The notes under the pieces: model-generated
The model's input: only the letters and a program-made list of their open reading frames with translations
Told to the model about the DNA's origin: nothing
Databases searched by the model: none
Position numbers and translations under genes: made by a program
Part shown: positions 46,520-56,484 of the stretch, in pieces
How positions within the stretch are numbered: position 1 is the stretch's first letter
How the letters are laid out: each line of letters begins with the position of its first letter
Assembly: GCA_022824765.1 (NCBI GenBank)
Contig: JAJDZG010000129.1
Coordinates: 235-64,234 of the forward strand
DNA: 64,000 nt
From: Dehalococcoidia bacterium
Lineage (GTDB): Bacteria; Chloroflexota; Dehalococcoidia; Bin125
Direction of reading: 5' to 3'

Positions 46520-46524
46520 GGAGA

Positions 46525-48246
46525 TCAGAACCCGCGGTAACGATTGGCGATCGGAAAGCGGCGCTCGCGGCCGAACGCGCGCGGTGTGATCTTCAGGCCC
46601 GGCGCCGCCTGGCGACGCTTGTACTCCGCGCCCGTCACCAGCGACATCACCCGCTTCACCTGCGACTCCTCGAATCCAAGCCCCGTGATCTCATCCAGCG
46701 ACCGATCCTCCTCCACAAACGCCTCGAGAATCGGATCGAGCTGGTCGTACGGCATCAGCGATTGCTCGTCGAACTGATCCGGCCGCAGCTCCGCCGACGG
46801 CGGCTTGGTCAGCACCGATCTCGGGATCACCTCCCGGCCCGCCCGCTCGTTGACCAGCTCCGAGAGACGGTAGACCAGCAGCTTCGGCACGTCCTGAATC
46901 ACCGCCAGGCCGCCCGTCATGTCCCCGTAGAGCGTCGTGTAGCCCGTCGCCGACTCGCTCTTGTTGGACGTCGTCAGCACCAGCGCGCCCATTTTGTTCG
47001 AGACAGCCATCATCAGCACACCGCGAATCCGCGCCTGCAGGTTCTCCTCCGTCACGTCCTCCGCCAACCCCTCAAACAGCGGCCCCAGCGTCTCCAGATA
47101 CGACGCGTACGGCCCTTCGATCGCCAGGACGTCCATCCGAATACCCAGATTCTCGGCCAGCGCCCGCGCATCCGCCACGCTGCCCTCCGACGAGTAGCGC
47201 GACGGCATCGAGAAGCCGCGCACATGCTCCGGACCGAGCGCATCAACCGCGATCGCCGCCGTCAGCGTCGAATCGATCCCGCCCGAGAGCGCGATCACGA
47301 CGTCCGCGAATCCAGTCTTGTGCACATAGTCGCGCGTCCCCAGCACGAGCGCCTCGTAGACCTCTTCATCGTCCGACCCCATCTCCACCAGCTCGGCCTC
47401 AAGCGGCGGCGCGGCGCCCCGCGACTGCGCCGACACCGTCGTGCGCGCCGCCTCCGTCTGCGGCAAACGCCGCAGCCTCGGATCATGCAGACGCGTCTGA
47501 CGGACCTCTTCGACATCCAGATCCACCGTCAGCATGTGATCGCTGAAGGCCGGCGCTCGCGCGATCAGATCGCCGCCCGGTCCAAAGACCGACGATCCGC
47601 CGTCGAAAATCAGATGGTCCTGCCCACCCACGAGATTGCAATACAGCGTCAACACCGCGTTGTCTGCGGCGCGAGTGGCCAACATCTGCTCGCGTTGGCG
47701 AGACTTCCCCGCATGGAACGGCGACCCGTTGATGTTCACCACCAGCTCGGCGCCAGCCAAACATTGATCCTGCATCGGCCCCGACGAATACCAGATGTCC
47801 TCGCAGATCGTCACACCGACGCTCGCGCCCGCGATCTCGAACAGCTGCACGCCCTCCCCAGGACGAAAGTAGCGCGCCTCGTCAAAGACGCCGTAGTTGG
47901 GCAGGTACTGCTTGTGATACGCACCCGCCAGCTTGCCGTCATGAATCACGCCAGCCGCGTTGAAGATGTCATGCGCGTAGTCGACGAATCCCACGACCGC
48001 CGTCACATGCAACCCCTGCGTGGCCTCGCAGACTCGCCCCAGCATCGCCAGATTGTCCTCGACGAAACCACGTCGCAGCACCAGATCTTCCGGCGGATAA
48101 CCCGTCAGAGCAAGCTCCGGAAAGGCCACCAGATCGGCACCGATCGACTCCGCCTCCTGAATCCGCTCGATGATCTTGTCAGCGTTGCCGGCGAGATCGC
48201 CGACCGTCGAGTTGATCTGCGCCAACGACGCCCGCAATCGTCGCAC
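46525..48246 (-). CDS. nadE: Glutamine-dependent NAD+ synthetase
   Basis: CN-hydrolase domain (LAQINSTVGDLAGN...FPELALTGYPPEDL...VTICEDIW) plus a NAD synthetase domain (ALSGGIDSTLTAAIA). The GTG start at 48246 is preceded by GGAGG with a 4-nt spacer. Confidence 0.85.
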   Translation of the reverse strand: MRRLRASLAQINSTVGDLAGNADKIIERIQEAESIGADLVAFPELALTGYPPEDLVLRRGFVEDNLAMLGRVCEATQGLHVTAVVGFVDYAHDIFNAAGVIHDGKLAGAYHKQYLPNYGVFDEARYFRPGEGVQLFEIAGASVGVTICEDIWYSSGPMQDQCLAGAELVVNINGSPFHAGKSRQREQMLATRAADNAVLTLYCNLVGGQDHLIFDGGSSVFGPGGDLIARAPAFSDHMLTVDLDVEEVRQTRLHDPRLRRLPQTEAARTTVSAQSRGAAPPLEAELVEMGSDDEEVYEALVLGTRDYVHKTGFADVVIALSGGIDSTLTAAIAVDALGPEHVRGFSMPSRYSSEGSVADARALAENLGIRMDVLAIEGPYASYLETLGPLFEGLAEDVTEENLQARIRGVLMMAVSNKMGALVLTTSNKSESATGYTTLYGDMTGGLAVIQDVPKLLVYRLSELVNERAGREVIPRSVLTKPPSAELRPDQFDEQSLMPYDQLDPILEAFVEEDRSLDEITGLGFEESQVKRVMSLVTGAEYKRRQAAPGLKITPRAFGRERRFPIANRYRGF

Positions 48247-48335
48247 GAGGCCTCCATCCCCAGCCACCAACCGCTGATCCGCAGGGTATCGCACCGCGCA
48301 GCCGCGCACAGATTCCGCTCAGCGCGCCCCCAGAT

Positions 48336-49304
48336 ATGCTCAAAGCTGTGTCCGACGCTCCAACCCTCGCCGCCGAAATCTCCAACGCATCCTTTGCCTG
48401 GCCTGGCGGACGCGGCGTCGACGATGTCTCGCTGCAGATCGCGCCCGGACAGATCGTCACCCTGCTCGGTCCAAACGGAGCCGGCAAGTCGACCGTCCTC
48501 AAGCTCCTCAGCGGCGAAATCAACCCCGATCGCGGCAGCGTCCAGATTCGCGGCAGACCGCACAGCCCCGACGTGCGGCGCGGCATCGGCCTCGTCCTGC
48601 AAGAACCCAGCACCGACGATCTGATGACCCTCGAAGAAACCTTGACCTTGCACGGCCGACTCTTTGGCCTGCGCGGCGCCCCGCTGCGCGAGCGCAGCGC
48701 CGCGCTGCTCGACGCCTTGCAGATCGGCGACCGCGCCGCCGACCGCTGCGAGACCCTGTCCGGCGGCCTGCGACGTCGACTCGACCTCGCCCGCGCCCTG
48801 CTGCACGAGCCCGAGCTGCTTTTGCTCGACGAACCGACGCTCGCGCTCGACCCCGACTCCAGCGCCGCCATCTGGTCCGCGCTGCGTGAGCGCGCAGCGG
48901 ACGGCGCCGCCATCGTCGTCTGCTCCAACGACACCAGCGAAGCAGAGTCCAACGCCGACCGCGTCGTGATCATCAACCGCGGCAGCATCCAGGCAGAAGG
49001 AAGGCCGTCTCAGCTCACCGCCAATCTCCGCCGCGACGCCCTCGAACTGGAGTGGCACGATGCGTCCGATACGGACATCGCCGCGCTCCAGGCATGGAAC
49101 GAGATCGGCTCCCTGCTGCGCTCCGATCACGGACTGCACCTGACCGTCGACAGCGCGGTCGAGACCGTGCCGCGACTCTTCCAGCAGTACGGCGCGCGGA
49201 TCAGCGGCATTCGCATTCGTGAATCGAGCCTGCGCGACGCCTGGTTCCAGATCGTCGGCGTCGCCATCTCGGACGCCATTTCGGACGAGGAGGATGCCTC
49301 GTGA
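48336..49304 (+). CDS. ABC transporter ATP-binding protein (ABC-2 exporter type)
   Basis: GPNGAGKST, LSGGLRRRLDLARAL and LLLDEPT. Confidence 0.85.
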   Translation: MLKAVSDAPTLAAEISNASFAWPGGRGVDDVSLQIAPGQIVTLLGPNGAGKSTVLKLLSGEINPDRGSVQIRGRPHSPDVRRGIGLVLQEPSTDDLMTLEETLTLHGRLFGLRGAPLRERSAALLDALQIGDRAADRCETLSGGLRRRLDLARALLHEPELLLLDEPTLALDPDSSAAIWSALRERAADGAAIVVCSNDTSEAESNADRVVIINRGSIQAEGRPSQLTANLRRDALELEWHDASDTDIAALQAWNEIGSLLRSDHGLHLTVDSAVETVPRLFQQYGARISGIRIRESSLRDAWFQIVGVAISDAISDEEDAS

Positions 49305-50092
49305 GCGGAACGCTGCTGGCGGCCTGGGCGCTCTTGGCTCGCGACCTGCGCGCCGTCGTCCGCTCGCGATCACAGCTCTACTCGTCGCTGCTGATGCCGC
49401 TGATGCTGCTCGCCGTGCTCGGCACCGGCGTATCCAGCGGGCTCGCGCCGACCTCGCCGCGCATCATCGACGGCGACTACACCTCGTACCTCGCGCCCGG
49501 CATGATCGCGATGACCGCTCTCTTCTCATCGACGTTCTCCAGCGCCGGACTCTACCGCGACCGCGAGAGCGGGCTGCTGCGCGCCCTGCTCGCCTCGCCG
49601 CACGGCCCGCCGACCATCATGTTCGGCAAGGCCCTGGCCGCCATCCTGATCGGGACCGTCCAGGCGCTGCTCGTGCTGGTCCTCGCGGTGGTCATCCCCG
49701 GCATCGACCTCGCCTGGCAGTTCGGCTGGCTCGGCGGCGCGGCCACGGTCGTCGCTGCCGTGCTCCTGCTCAACCTGATGCTCTCCGGACTGTCACTGCT
49801 GCTCGCGGTGCGAATCAAGACGATGCAGGGCTTCCACCTGATCATGAACCTCGCTCTCTTCCCGCTGTTCTTCCTCTCCGGCGCCTTCTTCCCACTCGAC
49901 CAGGTGCCCGCCTGGCTCGAGATCATCGGCTACATCAACCCGCTCACCTACGCCGTCGACCTGCTCCATTACGCGTCCTACGCCGACGCCCCCGACGGGC
50001 TGATCGGCCCGCTGATCGACACGTTGGTGCTCGGCGTCCTCGCCGTCGGCATGTTCGTGATCGGCCTCAGACGTGCCCCGCGAGCAGTCTGA
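49301..50092 (+). CDS. ABC-2 family transporter permease
   Basis: Six predicted TM segments. Overlaps the ATPase stop by 4 nt. Confidence 0.8.
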   Translation: MSGTLLAAWALLARDLRAVVRSRSQLYSSLLMPLMLLAVLGTGVSSGLAPTSPRIIDGDYTSYLAPGMIAMTALFSSTFSSAGLYRDRESGLLRALLASPHGPPTIMFGKALAAILIGTVQALLVLVLAVVIPGIDLAWQFGWLGGAATVVAAVLLLNLMLSGLSLLLAVRIKTMQGFHLIMNLALFPLFFLSGAFFPLDQVPAWLEIIGYINPLTYAVDLLHYASYADAPDGLIGPLIDTLVLGVLAVGMFVIGLRRAPRAV

Positions 50093-50983
50093 ATGCTCAA
50101 GATGAGACGGCCAATCGCCACCGCTTCCGCTGCCCTCTGCCTGCTCGGCGCCGCACTCGCCTCCGCCTGCGGAGACGGCGACGACCGCCTCGTCGTGACG
50201 GCCTCCGAAGGCGCATTCGTACCCGTCATCGAGACCTCCGACGTCTACGTCGGCATGCCGCGCCTCGTCGTCACCCTGCTCGAGCGTGACACCCAGCCCG
50301 ACTTCTCGGACGACGCCGTCTTCCTGGCCCGATTCTTCGCGCCCACGCCGGAAGGCGGTCTGCGATTCCACTCCGAAGCGCCGCTCGACACAATCCTCGT
50401 CGACGAACTGCGTTATCTGATCGCGCCCGAACCGCCCTTCGACGAGCCAGGCCAGTGGGCGCTCGCCGTGACCGTCGAACTCGCCGACCGCACGGCCGAA
50501 AGCTCGCCGCGACTGCCATTCATCGTCAACGAGCGTCCGCGCGGATTAACCGCAGGCGACCACGCACCGCGAATCGACACTCCAACCGTCACCGACGGCA
50601 TCCTCGAACGTCTGGCAGCACAGACACGGGACGACCCCTCGCTCTATGAACGATCAGCCGCCGAACTGCTCGACGCCGGCGAGCCATTCCTGATCGTCTG
50701 GGCCTCGGCTGACCGCTGCGCCGGCCGCTTGGCCTGCTCGCGAGCACTCGCGCAAGCGGTGGAGCTGCGCGATGCAGCCGTGATCAGCGTGATCCACGTC
50801 GAACCGTTCGGCCGACCGCGATCCGGCCAGCTGCAGACGCTCATCGACGCGGCCAACGAGGCCTGGGTCATCGAGGCAGAGCCGCAACTCTTCATCATCG
50901 ACGCCGATGGCGTGATCCGCGCCCGCTTCGAAATCGTGATCTCGGACGACGAACTGCGCCAGGCGGTTGACGACGTCCGCTAG
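50093..50983 (+). CDS. Putative lipoprotein (possibly thioredoxin-like fold)
   Basis: Lipobox LASAC. The start ATG directly abuts the upstream stop (TGAATG). No canonical CxxC is present. Confidence 0.5.
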   Translation: MLKMRRPIATASAALCLLGAALASACGDGDDRLVVTASEGAFVPVIETSDVYVGMPRLVVTLLERDTQPDFSDDAVFLARFFAPTPEGGLRFHSEAPLDTILVDELRYLIAPEPPFDEPGQWALAVTVELADRTAESSPRLPFIVNERPRGLTAGDHAPRIDTPTVTDGILERLAAQTRDDPSLYERSAAELLDAGEPFLIVWASADRCAGRLACSRALAQAVELRDAAVISVIHVEPFGRPRSGQLQTLIDAANEAWVIEAEPQLFIIDADGVIRARFEIVISDDELRQAVDDVR

Positions 50984-51927
50984 ACCAGCACGTCCACACC
51001 GACCGCGGCAAACACGATGAACAGATAGGCGATCGAGGCGAAGAACAGACGCATCGGCGCCGCCTCGCCCTTCCAAACCCGGTAGGCGATGTAGATGAAC
51101 ACAGCGCCAAAGGCCGCACACGTGCCCAGATAGCACCAGCTGAGATGCCCGCCAAGCGGCCCCAACAAGCTGACCGCGACCAGCCCAACCGAGTAGATCA
51201 GCAGCTGCTTGCGGGTCTCCCGCTCGCCCGCCACGACCGGCAGCATCGGCACGTCCGCTCGGGCATAGTCATCGCGGTACTTCAACGCCAACGCCCAGAA
51301 ATGCGGCGGCGTCCACATGAAAATCACCAGGAACAGAATGAACGGCGTCCAGGTCACCTCGCCCGTCACCGCCGCCCAACCGACAAGCGGCGGAATCGCA
51401 CCCGCCGCGCCGCCGATCACGATGTTCTGCGTCGTCGAACGCTTCAGCCAGACGGTGTAGACGAGCACGTAGAAGAGCACCGCCGCCTCGGCCAACAACG
51501 CCGCCAGCAGATTGACCGTCAAGGCAAGCTGTACGCCGCCGAGCGCCGCCAGCAGCACCCCCCAGGCCAGCGCCTGCCCAGGTTGGATCGTGCCCGCGGG
51601 CAGCGGACGCTGTGCGGTTCGCTCCATGATCGCGTCGATGTCGCGGTCGAACCACTGGTTGAACGTGTTCGCGCCGCCCGCAGTCAAAATGCCGCCCAGC
51701 AGCGTCAGCGCTATCAACCCCAACCCTTCGCCGAAGCTGCCCCGCGGCCAGCCGTCCGCGGCGACCACCATCGTCGGCACCGTCGTCACCAACAGCAGTC
51801 CGATGATGCCCGGCTTCGTCAGCTCCCAGAGCGCCCGCGCCGTAATCCACGCCGCTGGACCCCAGCCGCGCGCAGGCAGCGGCAAGCCCGGACTGGCGAT
51901 ACTCGGATCGGCGGCGCGTTCGGTCAT
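50980..51927 (-). CDS. ctaB: Protoheme IX farnesyltransferase (heme O synthase)
   Basis: UbiA-family motifs are present (NQWFDRDIDAIMERT, FIWTPPHFWAL-like FMWTPPHFWALAL). Confidence 0.9.
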   Translation of the reverse strand: MTERAADPSIASPGLPLPARGWGPAAWITARALWELTKPGIIGLLLVTTVPTMVVAADGWPRGSFGEGLGLIALTLLGGILTAGGANTFNQWFDRDIDAIMERTAQRPLPAGTIQPGQALAWGVLLAALGGVQLALTVNLLAALLAEAAVLFYVLVYTVWLKRSTTQNIVIGGAAGAIPPLVGWAAVTGEVTWTPFILFLVIFMWTPPHFWALALKYRDDYARADVPMLPVVAGERETRKQLLIYSVGLVAVSLLGPLGGHLSWCYLGTCAAFGAVFIYIAYRVWKGEAAPMRLFFASIAYLFIVFAAVGVDVLV

Positions 51928-51945
51928 CTGCTCTGCTGGTCAACT

Positions 51946-52992
51946 TCAGTCTGGTACCGACAGTATCGCGTCTGCCGGCGTTTCAGGCTCGCCCTCAGGC
52001 GTCGGATGCGGCTCGGACGTGGATCGATAGAGCGCGACCGCCGCCGATCCCGCGACCAGCGTCCAGGTCAGCGCGCCCACGGACAAATGCAGCGCACGCA
52101 ACTCTGCCGGGAACTCCAGCCGCAGCATCTCCGCACCCAGCGCGATCTGTCCCAGGTAGAGCAGCGCCGCGCCATGCATCATGAACGTGGCCGCTCGCGA
52201 GCGCGGACGCAGCATCACCACACCCAGCGACCCCGCGAACAACGCCGCGCCAGCGAGCACCACGATCAGCCGGTGCGACATGTGCCAACGCGCGTACAGT
52301 CCCGTCGGCCACAGATCGCCGTGGCAGAGCGGCCACTGACGCCAGCACGCGCCGCCGCCCGGTCCGACCTGAGCGCCGGCCTCCGGTTTCACGTCAATAT
52401 GCGTCACATACGATCCGACCACCACGACGGCCAGCGTCAGCACCGCCGCGACCACAGCCATCCACGCGTAGCGGTTGACCTGATCCTTGGAATCGACATC
52501 CAGCCTCGCTTGTTGCGCAGAAGGCGTCCAGCGCCAATCCCACGTACCCAGCCACGACGCGGTCACCAGCATCGTAATCAGCATCGCCGTCGCCAGATGC
52601 GAAGTGACGATCACATCCTCGAGCCGCTCGGTCACCGTCAGACCGCCCAGAATCACCTGCACCGCCAGCAACACCACGGCGACAGCAGACGTCAGCCAGA
52701 CGCGGCGCGCATGCATCCAGCGCCGCAGCGTGTAGACCGCCCAGCCGATGATCACAAAGCCCAACAGGGCCGCCACGAGTCGGTGCGTCCACTCCAACCA
52801 GACCTGATATGCCTCGTGCTCGCCGAAATCGCCCGACGGAATCACCGCCCCGTAGCAACCGGGCCAGTCGGGACAGGCCAGGCCGGAATCGGTCACGCGC
52901 ACGATCCCGCCTAGCGTCGTCAGCGCCAGCAGACCGATCACCAGTCCGAACCCGAACCACTGGGCCCGCGTCCAAGTCCTCAACACCTGCAT
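51946..52992 (-). CDS. ctaA: Heme A synthase (CtaA/COX15 family)
   Basis: GLACPDWPGCYG and conserved His-containing helices. An internal ATG at 52992 is preferred over the GTG at 53037. Confidence 0.8.
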   Translation of the reverse strand: MQVLRTWTRAQWFGFGLVIGLLALTTLGGIVRVTDSGLACPDWPGCYGAVIPSGDFGEHEAYQVWLEWTHRLVAALLGFVIIGWAVYTLRRWMHARRVWLTSAVAVVLLAVQVILGGLTVTERLEDVIVTSHLATAMLITMLVTASWLGTWDWRWTPSAQQARLDVDSKDQVNRYAWMAVVAAVLTLAVVVVGSYVTHIDVKPEAGAQVGPGGGACWRQWPLCHGDLWPTGLYARWHMSHRLIVVLAGAALFAGSLGVVMLRPRSRAATFMMHGAALLYLGQIALGAEMLRLEFPAELRALHLSVGALTWTLVAGSAAVALYRSTSEPHPTPEGEPETPADAILSVPD

Positions 52993-53043
52993 GACGCTCG
53001 CCGCTCTGTCGTGGTACTCATCGTTCGCTCGTGGCACGCCCGG

Positions 53044-54048
53044 TCAGCGCTCGCCGGGCCGTGGCCCCAGTGTGTCGAGTTCGCCGTGTATGCGCAGCTG
53101 CATGTTTCGCACAGTGTCGTTGCGCCGATCCTTGAAACCCTCCCGCTCGGCCCAGAAATACACCGTCAGAATGATCGCCAGCGCAAACATCATCGACCCC
53201 GGCACCCACATGATGCCCGCGCCGATCCGTTGGTCGACCAGCGCCGTCGGACCCCATTCGCGCAGCTCAGCAGCCGTCGCGTAGGTGTCGTAAATCGCGT
53301 CAGGCACGTTGATCAGAATCAGGCCCAACGCGATGTTCTGGAGGATCGCCACGACCAGCACCGCGCAGCGCCACACGTGATGCGGACGCAGCCGCGTTGC
53401 ATCCACGCCGATCACCAGCCACCAGAACAGCACCGCGCCGAACAGAAACACACCGTGTTCCACGAAGTGCAGCGCCTCCGAAGCAATCGCCGCATCGTAC
53501 GCCGCCGGCAGATGCCAACTCCACACGCTCAGCACGAACAACAGCAGCGCCACCGGCGGATACGTCAACCACTGCACGACGCGCGAGTTCAGGAACGGCA
53601 CCAGATACGACCTACGCACCCGCGGCGAGGCGGCCCGCAGCGCCAGCGTCGCCGGCGCGCCCAACAGCATCAGCGGCGCGACGAGCATCGTGATGAACAC
53701 ATGCTGGACCATGTGGACCCAGAACAGGTCGTCCGAGTACGTGTCGATCGGCGAGACCAGGCCCAGGATCATGAAGACCCAACCCGCGCCAAAGGACCAC
53801 AGGTGCCAGCGCGGGAAGTGGAAGCTCGGCGAGTCGCGCCGCAGTCGGTAGTAGCCCCAGCCGTAGAGCCCGCCCACGACCAGGACCAACGCGATGCCCG
53901 GCGCGTCAATGCTCCAAACGCCCAGCGCCGTCAGCAACTCTGCCGACTCGGCATAGCGGCCATCGTGCGCCGACAGCACCCTCGGTGCGAGCGCTGCCGC
54001 CACGCCGCCCGACGCGGCAATCAGCGCGGCCAGTGCCCGCCCCGTCAC
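53044..54048 (-). CDS. ctaG: Cytochrome c oxidase assembly factor CtaG (Caa3_CtaG family)
   Basis: Polytopic membrane protein with HMVQH and HFVEHG motifs typical of Caa3_CtaG. Sits between ctaE and ctaA. Confidence 0.7.
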   Translation of the reverse strand: MTGRALAALIAASGGVAAALAPRVLSAHDGRYAESAELLTALGVWSIDAPGIALVLVVGGLYGWGYYRLRRDSPSFHFPRWHLWSFGAGWVFMILGLVSPIDTYSDDLFWVHMVQHVFITMLVAPLMLLGAPATLALRAASPRVRRSYLVPFLNSRVVQWLTYPPVALLLFVLSVWSWHLPAAYDAAIASEALHFVEHGVFLFGAVLFWWLVIGVDATRLRPHHVWRCAVLVVAILQNIALGLILINVPDAIYDTYATAAELREWGPTALVDQRIGAGIMWVPGSMMFALAIILTVYFWAEREGFKDRRNDTVRNMQLRIHGELDTLGPRPGER

Positions 54049-54073
54049 CGGATGCTCAGCGGGGCGGCCCGCG

Positions 54074-54694
54074 TCAGCTCAGGAAGAAGACGAGCGGGAA
54101 AATGACCAGCAGCCATACGAACCCGACAAAGTGCCAGTACAGCGTCGCCGCCTCAATCGCCGTGTTGCGCTTGGCGTCGAAGTGACCCAGCAGACCGCGC
54201 AGCCACTGCGCGAAAATGAACACCAACCCGCCGATCACGTGCGCCCCATGGAACCCGGTCAGCGTGTAGAACGTCGCCGCGTACGGGCCATCCGAGATCC
54301 CGAAGTCCGCGTGCTCCCACTCGAAGTACTGGTTGATGATGAAGGCCGTCCCGACGACCAGCACGATCGCCATGTTGATCAGCATCGCCTTGCGATTCCC
54401 CTTGCGGATCGCGAACGCCGCCAGCTGCATCGGAATCGACGTGCTCACCAACAGCACCGTGAACAGGATCGGCAGCAGGTGATCGCCTTCCACTCGGTGC
54501 CCGCCGTTGGTTGGCTCCCACAGCAGCGTGTCGGAGTGCAGCGCGAGCATCGCCGCGATCAGCCCCGCGAAGAACATGATCTCGGAGAAAATGAAGAAGA
54601 TGATCCCCCACAGGCCCGTCGTCATCGGCTCGTCGCCGACGAGGAAGCTGCGAACCGGGTGCACCCGCTTGTGCGGGACGGCTGAGGCTGCCAT
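54074..54694 (-). CDS. ctaE: Cytochrome c oxidase subunit III
   Basis: FFAGLIAAMLALH...TGFHGAHVIGG are classic subunit III motifs. Confidence 0.9.
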   Translation of the reverse strand: MAASAVPHKRVHPVRSFLVGDEPMTTGLWGIIFFIFSEIMFFAGLIAAMLALHSDTLLWEPTNGGHRVEGDHLLPILFTVLLVSTSIPMQLAAFAIRKGNRKAMLINMAIVLVVGTAFIINQYFEWEHADFGISDGPYAATFYTLTGFHGAHVIGGLVFIFAQWLRGLLGHFDAKRNTAIEAATLYWHFVGFVWLLVIFPLVFFLS

Positions 54695-54696
54695 GA

Positions 54697-56439
54697 CTAC
54701 CCCTCCTCCCGCGCGGACTCGGAGGGCTGGCTGGCGCCGCCCCCTCCACTGCCGTGACCATTGTGACCGTTGTTGACGTGGTAATGCGGGTCGTCCTGCA
54801 GACGCTCACCGAAGCGCAGGTCGAACAGCGGCCGCTCCGAGCGAATCTCCGGCAGCGAGTCGAAGTTGTGCGCCGGCGGCGGTGACGTCGTCGCCCACTC
54901 CAGCGTCGTTCCCTCCCACGGATCCGAACCCGCGCGCTCGCCCCACTTCAGCGAGTAGAACACGTTGTAGAGGAAGACCATCATGCCCGCCGCCGAGACG
55001 AACGCGCCAATCGTGATCAGCATGTTCATCAGCTCCCAGCCCGGATTCGCGACGTAGTCGTTGATCCGACGCGGCATCCCGTCCAGACCCAGCAGCAGTT
55101 GCGTGAAGAAGACCAGGTTCACACCGATGAACAGCAGCCAGAAATGCAGCTTGCCCAGCCCCTCGTTCATGAACTTGCCGAACATCTTCGGGAACCAGTA
55201 ATAGCAGCCCGCCAGGAATCCGAACGTCGCCGCAATCGACATCGTGTAGTGGAAGTGGCCCACCACGAAGTACGTGTCGTGCAGCGCGAAGTCGACCGGC
55301 ACCGCCGCGTGGAAGACACCCGTGATCCCGCCGATCAGGAAGAGCATCAGGAAGCCGACACTGAACAGCATCGCCGTCGGGAAGACGTTCGATCCGCGCC
55401 ACATGGTCGCGATCCAGTTGAACATCTTCACGCCCGTCGGCACCGCAATCAGGAACGTCGCGCCCATGAAGAACGGCAGGAACACGCCGCCCGTCGTGAA
55501 CATGTGATGCGCCCAGACAATGAACCCCAACAGTCCAATCCCCACCAACGCCAGCACCATCGATCGGTAGCCGAAGATCGGCCGCCGCGTGAACACGCCG
55601 AACACGTCCGAGACGATCCCCATCGCCGGCAGGATCATGATGTACACAGCCGGGTGCGAGTAGAACCAGAACAGATTCTGCCAGAGCAGCGGCTGCCCGC
55701 CGTTCGCCGGGTCGAAGAACGCGCCCTCCGCGCCGTTGCGGTCGATGAACCCCAGCACCAGCGCCGCGGCCAGCACCGGTGTCGAGAGCAGGATCAGCAG
55801 CCCCGTCACGAGCGTCGTCCACGTAAACAGCGGCAGCCGCCACATCGTCATCCCCGGCGCCCGCATCTTGAAAATCGTGACGAGGAAGTTGACCGACCCA
55901 AAGATCGACGCCTGCCCCAGCAGGATCACCCCCACGAGCCACATGTCCATCCCCGCGCCGGGCGGCTCCGCGTTGTTGCCCGTGTCCAGCGTCACCGGCG
56001 GATAGGCCGTCCAACCAGCCGATGCCGTGCCGCCCTCCACCGCAAAGCTCATCGCCAGCAGCGCACCGCCGAACAGGAAAATCCAGAACGACAACGCGTT
56101 GATGCGCGGGAACGCCATGTCCAGCGCGCCAATCTGCAGCGGCATCGAATAATTCATGAACGCCGCGCCCACCGGCAGCAGGAAGAGGAAGATCATCACG
56201 CTGCCATGCATCGTGAAGATCGAGTTGTACGTCTCCGCCGAAATGATCGTGCCAGCCTGCGCCAGCTCCGTCCGCATGACCAGCGAGAAGGCCATCCCGA
56301 CGAGCCCAAAGGCCCCGGCCGCCCAGAGGTACATGATGCCGATCTTCTTGTGGTCGACCGTCGTCAACCACTCCAGCACCGTGCGCCAGACATTTGCGCC
56401 GGCGTATGGTGTCGTCTGCGCCCCCGCCAGTGTCGCCAT
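54697..56439 (-). CDS. ctaD: Cytochrome c oxidase subunit I
   Basis: WFFGHPEVY-like FWFYSHPAVYIMILP, the heme/CuB His ligands, and 580 aa. GGAGGG RBS. Confidence 0.92.
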   Translation of the reverse strand: MATLAGAQTTPYAGANVWRTVLEWLTTVDHKKIGIMYLWAAGAFGLVGMAFSLVMRTELAQAGTIISAETYNSIFTMHGSVMIFLFLLPVGAAFMNYSMPLQIGALDMAFPRINALSFWIFLFGGALLAMSFAVEGGTASAGWTAYPPVTLDTGNNAEPPGAGMDMWLVGVILLGQASIFGSVNFLVTIFKMRAPGMTMWRLPLFTWTTLVTGLLILLSTPVLAAALVLGFIDRNGAEGAFFDPANGGQPLLWQNLFWFYSHPAVYIMILPAMGIVSDVFGVFTRRPIFGYRSMVLALVGIGLLGFIVWAHHMFTTGGVFLPFFMGATFLIAVPTGVKMFNWIATMWRGSNVFPTAMLFSVGFLMLFLIGGITGVFHAAVPVDFALHDTYFVVGHFHYTMSIAATFGFLAGCYYWFPKMFGKFMNEGLGKLHFWLLFIGVNLVFFTQLLLGLDGMPRRINDYVANPGWELMNMLITIGAFVSAAGMMVFLYNVFYSLKWGERAGSDPWEGTTLEWATTSPPPAHNFDSLPEIRSERPLFDLRFGERLQDDPHYHVNNGHNGHGSGGGGASQPSESAREEG

Positions 56440-56484
56440 CAGAAACCCTCCCTCTGCGGTCCTCGTCCTGCGCTCATGGCGGGG

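Noticed and set aside
51145-52914. 589-aa ORF on the + strand
   Set aside because: Antisense to ctaB/ctaA, which carry unmistakable motifs. The translation is Arg/His-rich nonsense.
54806-56371. 521-aa ORF on the - strand inside ctaD in another frame
   Set aside because: Overlaps the subunit I gene entirely. Gly/Asp/Arg-rich with no signal.
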